A stretch of DNA of 48,594 nt. It comes from Acidimicrobiales bacterium (lineage in GTDB: Bacteria; Actinomycetota; Acidimicrobiia; Acidimicrobiales; CAIXPF01). The stretch spans positions 1 to 48,594 of the forward strand of contig JBJXGF010000326.1 in assembly GCA_046153015.1 (NCBI GenBank), given 5' to 3'. A program made the translations under genes and the position numbers. Shown here in pieces: positions 47,501-48,594 of this stretch (positions are counted from its first letter, which is position 1; every line of letters starts with the position of its first letter). Below the pieces are notes generated by a model that had not been told where the DNA came from, did no database searches, and was given only the letters and a program-made list of their open reading frames with translations.

Positions 47501-47881
47501 AGGTTCGCACCCGACTCGGCTGATCCCAACCAGCTCCCTCCGGGCTGCCGCCGATGTACCGGGGCCCGGAGGGGGTTGAAGCGCTGGCCCGGCCCCTGGC
47601 AAGTCGCCAGGGTCATCACCGCCGGTGGGCTCCCCGCCGTCAGCCCGACACCGCAATGACGCACCAACAGCTGATCACCCGACCTTCGCAGCCTGCTTCA
47701 GCACGCCCCTCCACCCGGACACATCCCGGACGAGATGTCGTCGAACCTCGCTCTCGTCCTTGTCCACCATGTCGCCGACACCCTGATCGAACGTGGCAGG
47801 CCGCCCTCCGGGTCGCCACAAGCGGAGACCCAAACCCCTGCAAGCTGCGCCGGTTAGGGGCTGCGGCGGCGGGGAGCGGAA

Positions 47882-47912
47882 CATTGGCAGATCCATTAGC
47901 AACCGACACACC
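47882..47912. repeat. 31-nt right-end fragment of the repeat family (direct repeat of 38842-38872)
   Basis: CATTGGCAGATCCATTAGCAACCGACACACC versus CATTAGCAAATCCATTAGCAACCGACACACC, 29 of 31 identical. Confidence 0.75.
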
Positions 47913-47952
47913 GGACCGAACCCACTGGGCTGGCCAGGTCGAACGTCGAACC

Positions 47953-48078
47953 AGCCGATGGAGGGGATTCCGCAGCCCCACGTCCGACACTTCGACCCTC
48001 CGGACCCGCACGACCACGGTCAGCGAGATTTCGGGGCCACTGACCGGCAGCCAGCGGCAACGAACGGCAGGTAGCTAC
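47953..48078. repeat. flank module X (copy B)
   Basis: GGGGATTCCGCAGCCCCACGTCCGACACTTCGACCCTCCGGA...GACCGGCAGCCAGCGGCAACGAACGGCAGG is colinear with 38573-38699. Confidence 0.65.
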
Positions 48079-48097
48079 GGTGTCGGAGGGCCGACAC
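48079..48097. repeat. collapsed repeat: left-end stub joined directly to the right-end terminus (perfect 7-bp hairpin)
   Basis: GGTGTCGG AGGG CCGACAC. The first 12 nt of the element are followed at once by its last 7 nt. Confidence 0.6.
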
Positions 48098-48402
48098 AAA
48101 CCCCAAGTACACGGGATCCCTGGGTCCACCAATACGCAGCCGCCTGACCTGCGAGCCCCGGGTTATGAGCCCTATTTTCGATCATTCGTTTCACCTGGTC
48201 AGGGCACATCGTCCCAGATCAGAGGCCATTATGGCCACCCGTTGTTGCCCGCTGGAGACCCCAAGTTGCCACTGTGCTGTGAGATTATTGTGAGATTTTC
48301 TGTAGCCCTTGGTGCGGCCGCTCGCCGCCGAGCCGGGACTCACGCCCGACCACTGAGGGTGGTGGCCTGCCCGGTCGTCGCTGGCGGTTGTGGTGGCGCC
48401 GG

Positions 48403-48594
48403 CTACCGCCAGGTCCATTCCGCGGCGTCCCACGTTTGGGGCCGGGCGGGTGGTGCGAGGATCGGTGCCCAGAGTTGTTGCAACGCCGCGTAGGCCGCGT
48501 CGAGGTTGGTCCAGGGGATCGAGTGGTCGCGTACGTAGCCAGCCCAAGTTCGTTCCCATTGGGTGGGCGGTGGCGGAAGGATTGTGGGCAGGCT
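48403..48594 (-). CDS. 3' end of a gene that starts beyond the right window edge; product unknown
   Basis: An open frame runs from nt 48594 down to TAG (48403-48405): ..TQWERTWAGYVRDHSIPWTNLDAAYAALQQLWAPILAPPARPQTWDAAEWTWR*. It is not in the ORF track because it has no start codon in the window. Confidence 0.35.
   Translation of the reverse strand, partial: SLPTILPPPPTQWERTWAGYVRDHSIPWTNLDAAYAALQQLWAPILAPPARPQTWDAAEWTWR

Noticed and set aside
1-48594. CRISPR arrays, rRNA genes, intact prophage or integron integrase
   Set aside because: I saw no regularly spaced 25-40-nt repeats with unique spacers, no rRNA-like conserved blocks, and no intact integrase, recombinase or transposase ORF anywhere in the window.

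Overview
This 48.6-kb window is visibly high-GC and looks Actinomycetota-like, judged from F420/luciferase-like monooxygenases, a CaiB-type CoA-transferase, crotonases and GC3-rich codons. I did not compute GC content. The backbone is made of catabolic and oxidoreductase operons. These include four crotonase genes (one internally deleted), five LLM-family genes (two internally deleted, one a fragment), two PhyH-family dioxygenases and a TauD dioxygenase. They also include a nitroreductase, a cupin dioxygenase, an amidase, a DUF1028 protein, two tautomerase-like genes and a Rieske dioxygenase alpha/beta pair. Transport and regulation are covered by BenE and MFS transporters and by TetR and HxlR regulators. 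Accessory modules are interspersed. They comprise two VapBC pairs, a toxin-first RHH TA pair, a decayed PaeR7I-like R-M system and a DUF4143-type ATPase. There is also an HTH plus nucleotidyltransferase pair and a 1831-aa SF1 helicase fused to a Vsr/DUF559-like nuclease, which resembles an Hhe-like single-gene defence candidate. Two things stand out. (1) An unclassified ~170-nt repeat family whose one end resembles a tRNA 3' end. It has three long copies plus several stubs. A conserved ~125-nt flank module accompanies two of them. The copies bracket the accessory islets at 21.2-24.4 kb and 38.6-48.1 kb, and a 31-nt direct repeat flanks the 9-kb helicase island. (2) Unusually heavy gene decay, with at least 15 fragments or frameshifted genes and three in-frame internal deletions inside otherwise intact operons. 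I saw no rRNA, no canonical tRNA or tmRNA and no CRISPR array. All similarity calls come from reading the translations and motifs; no database was searched.
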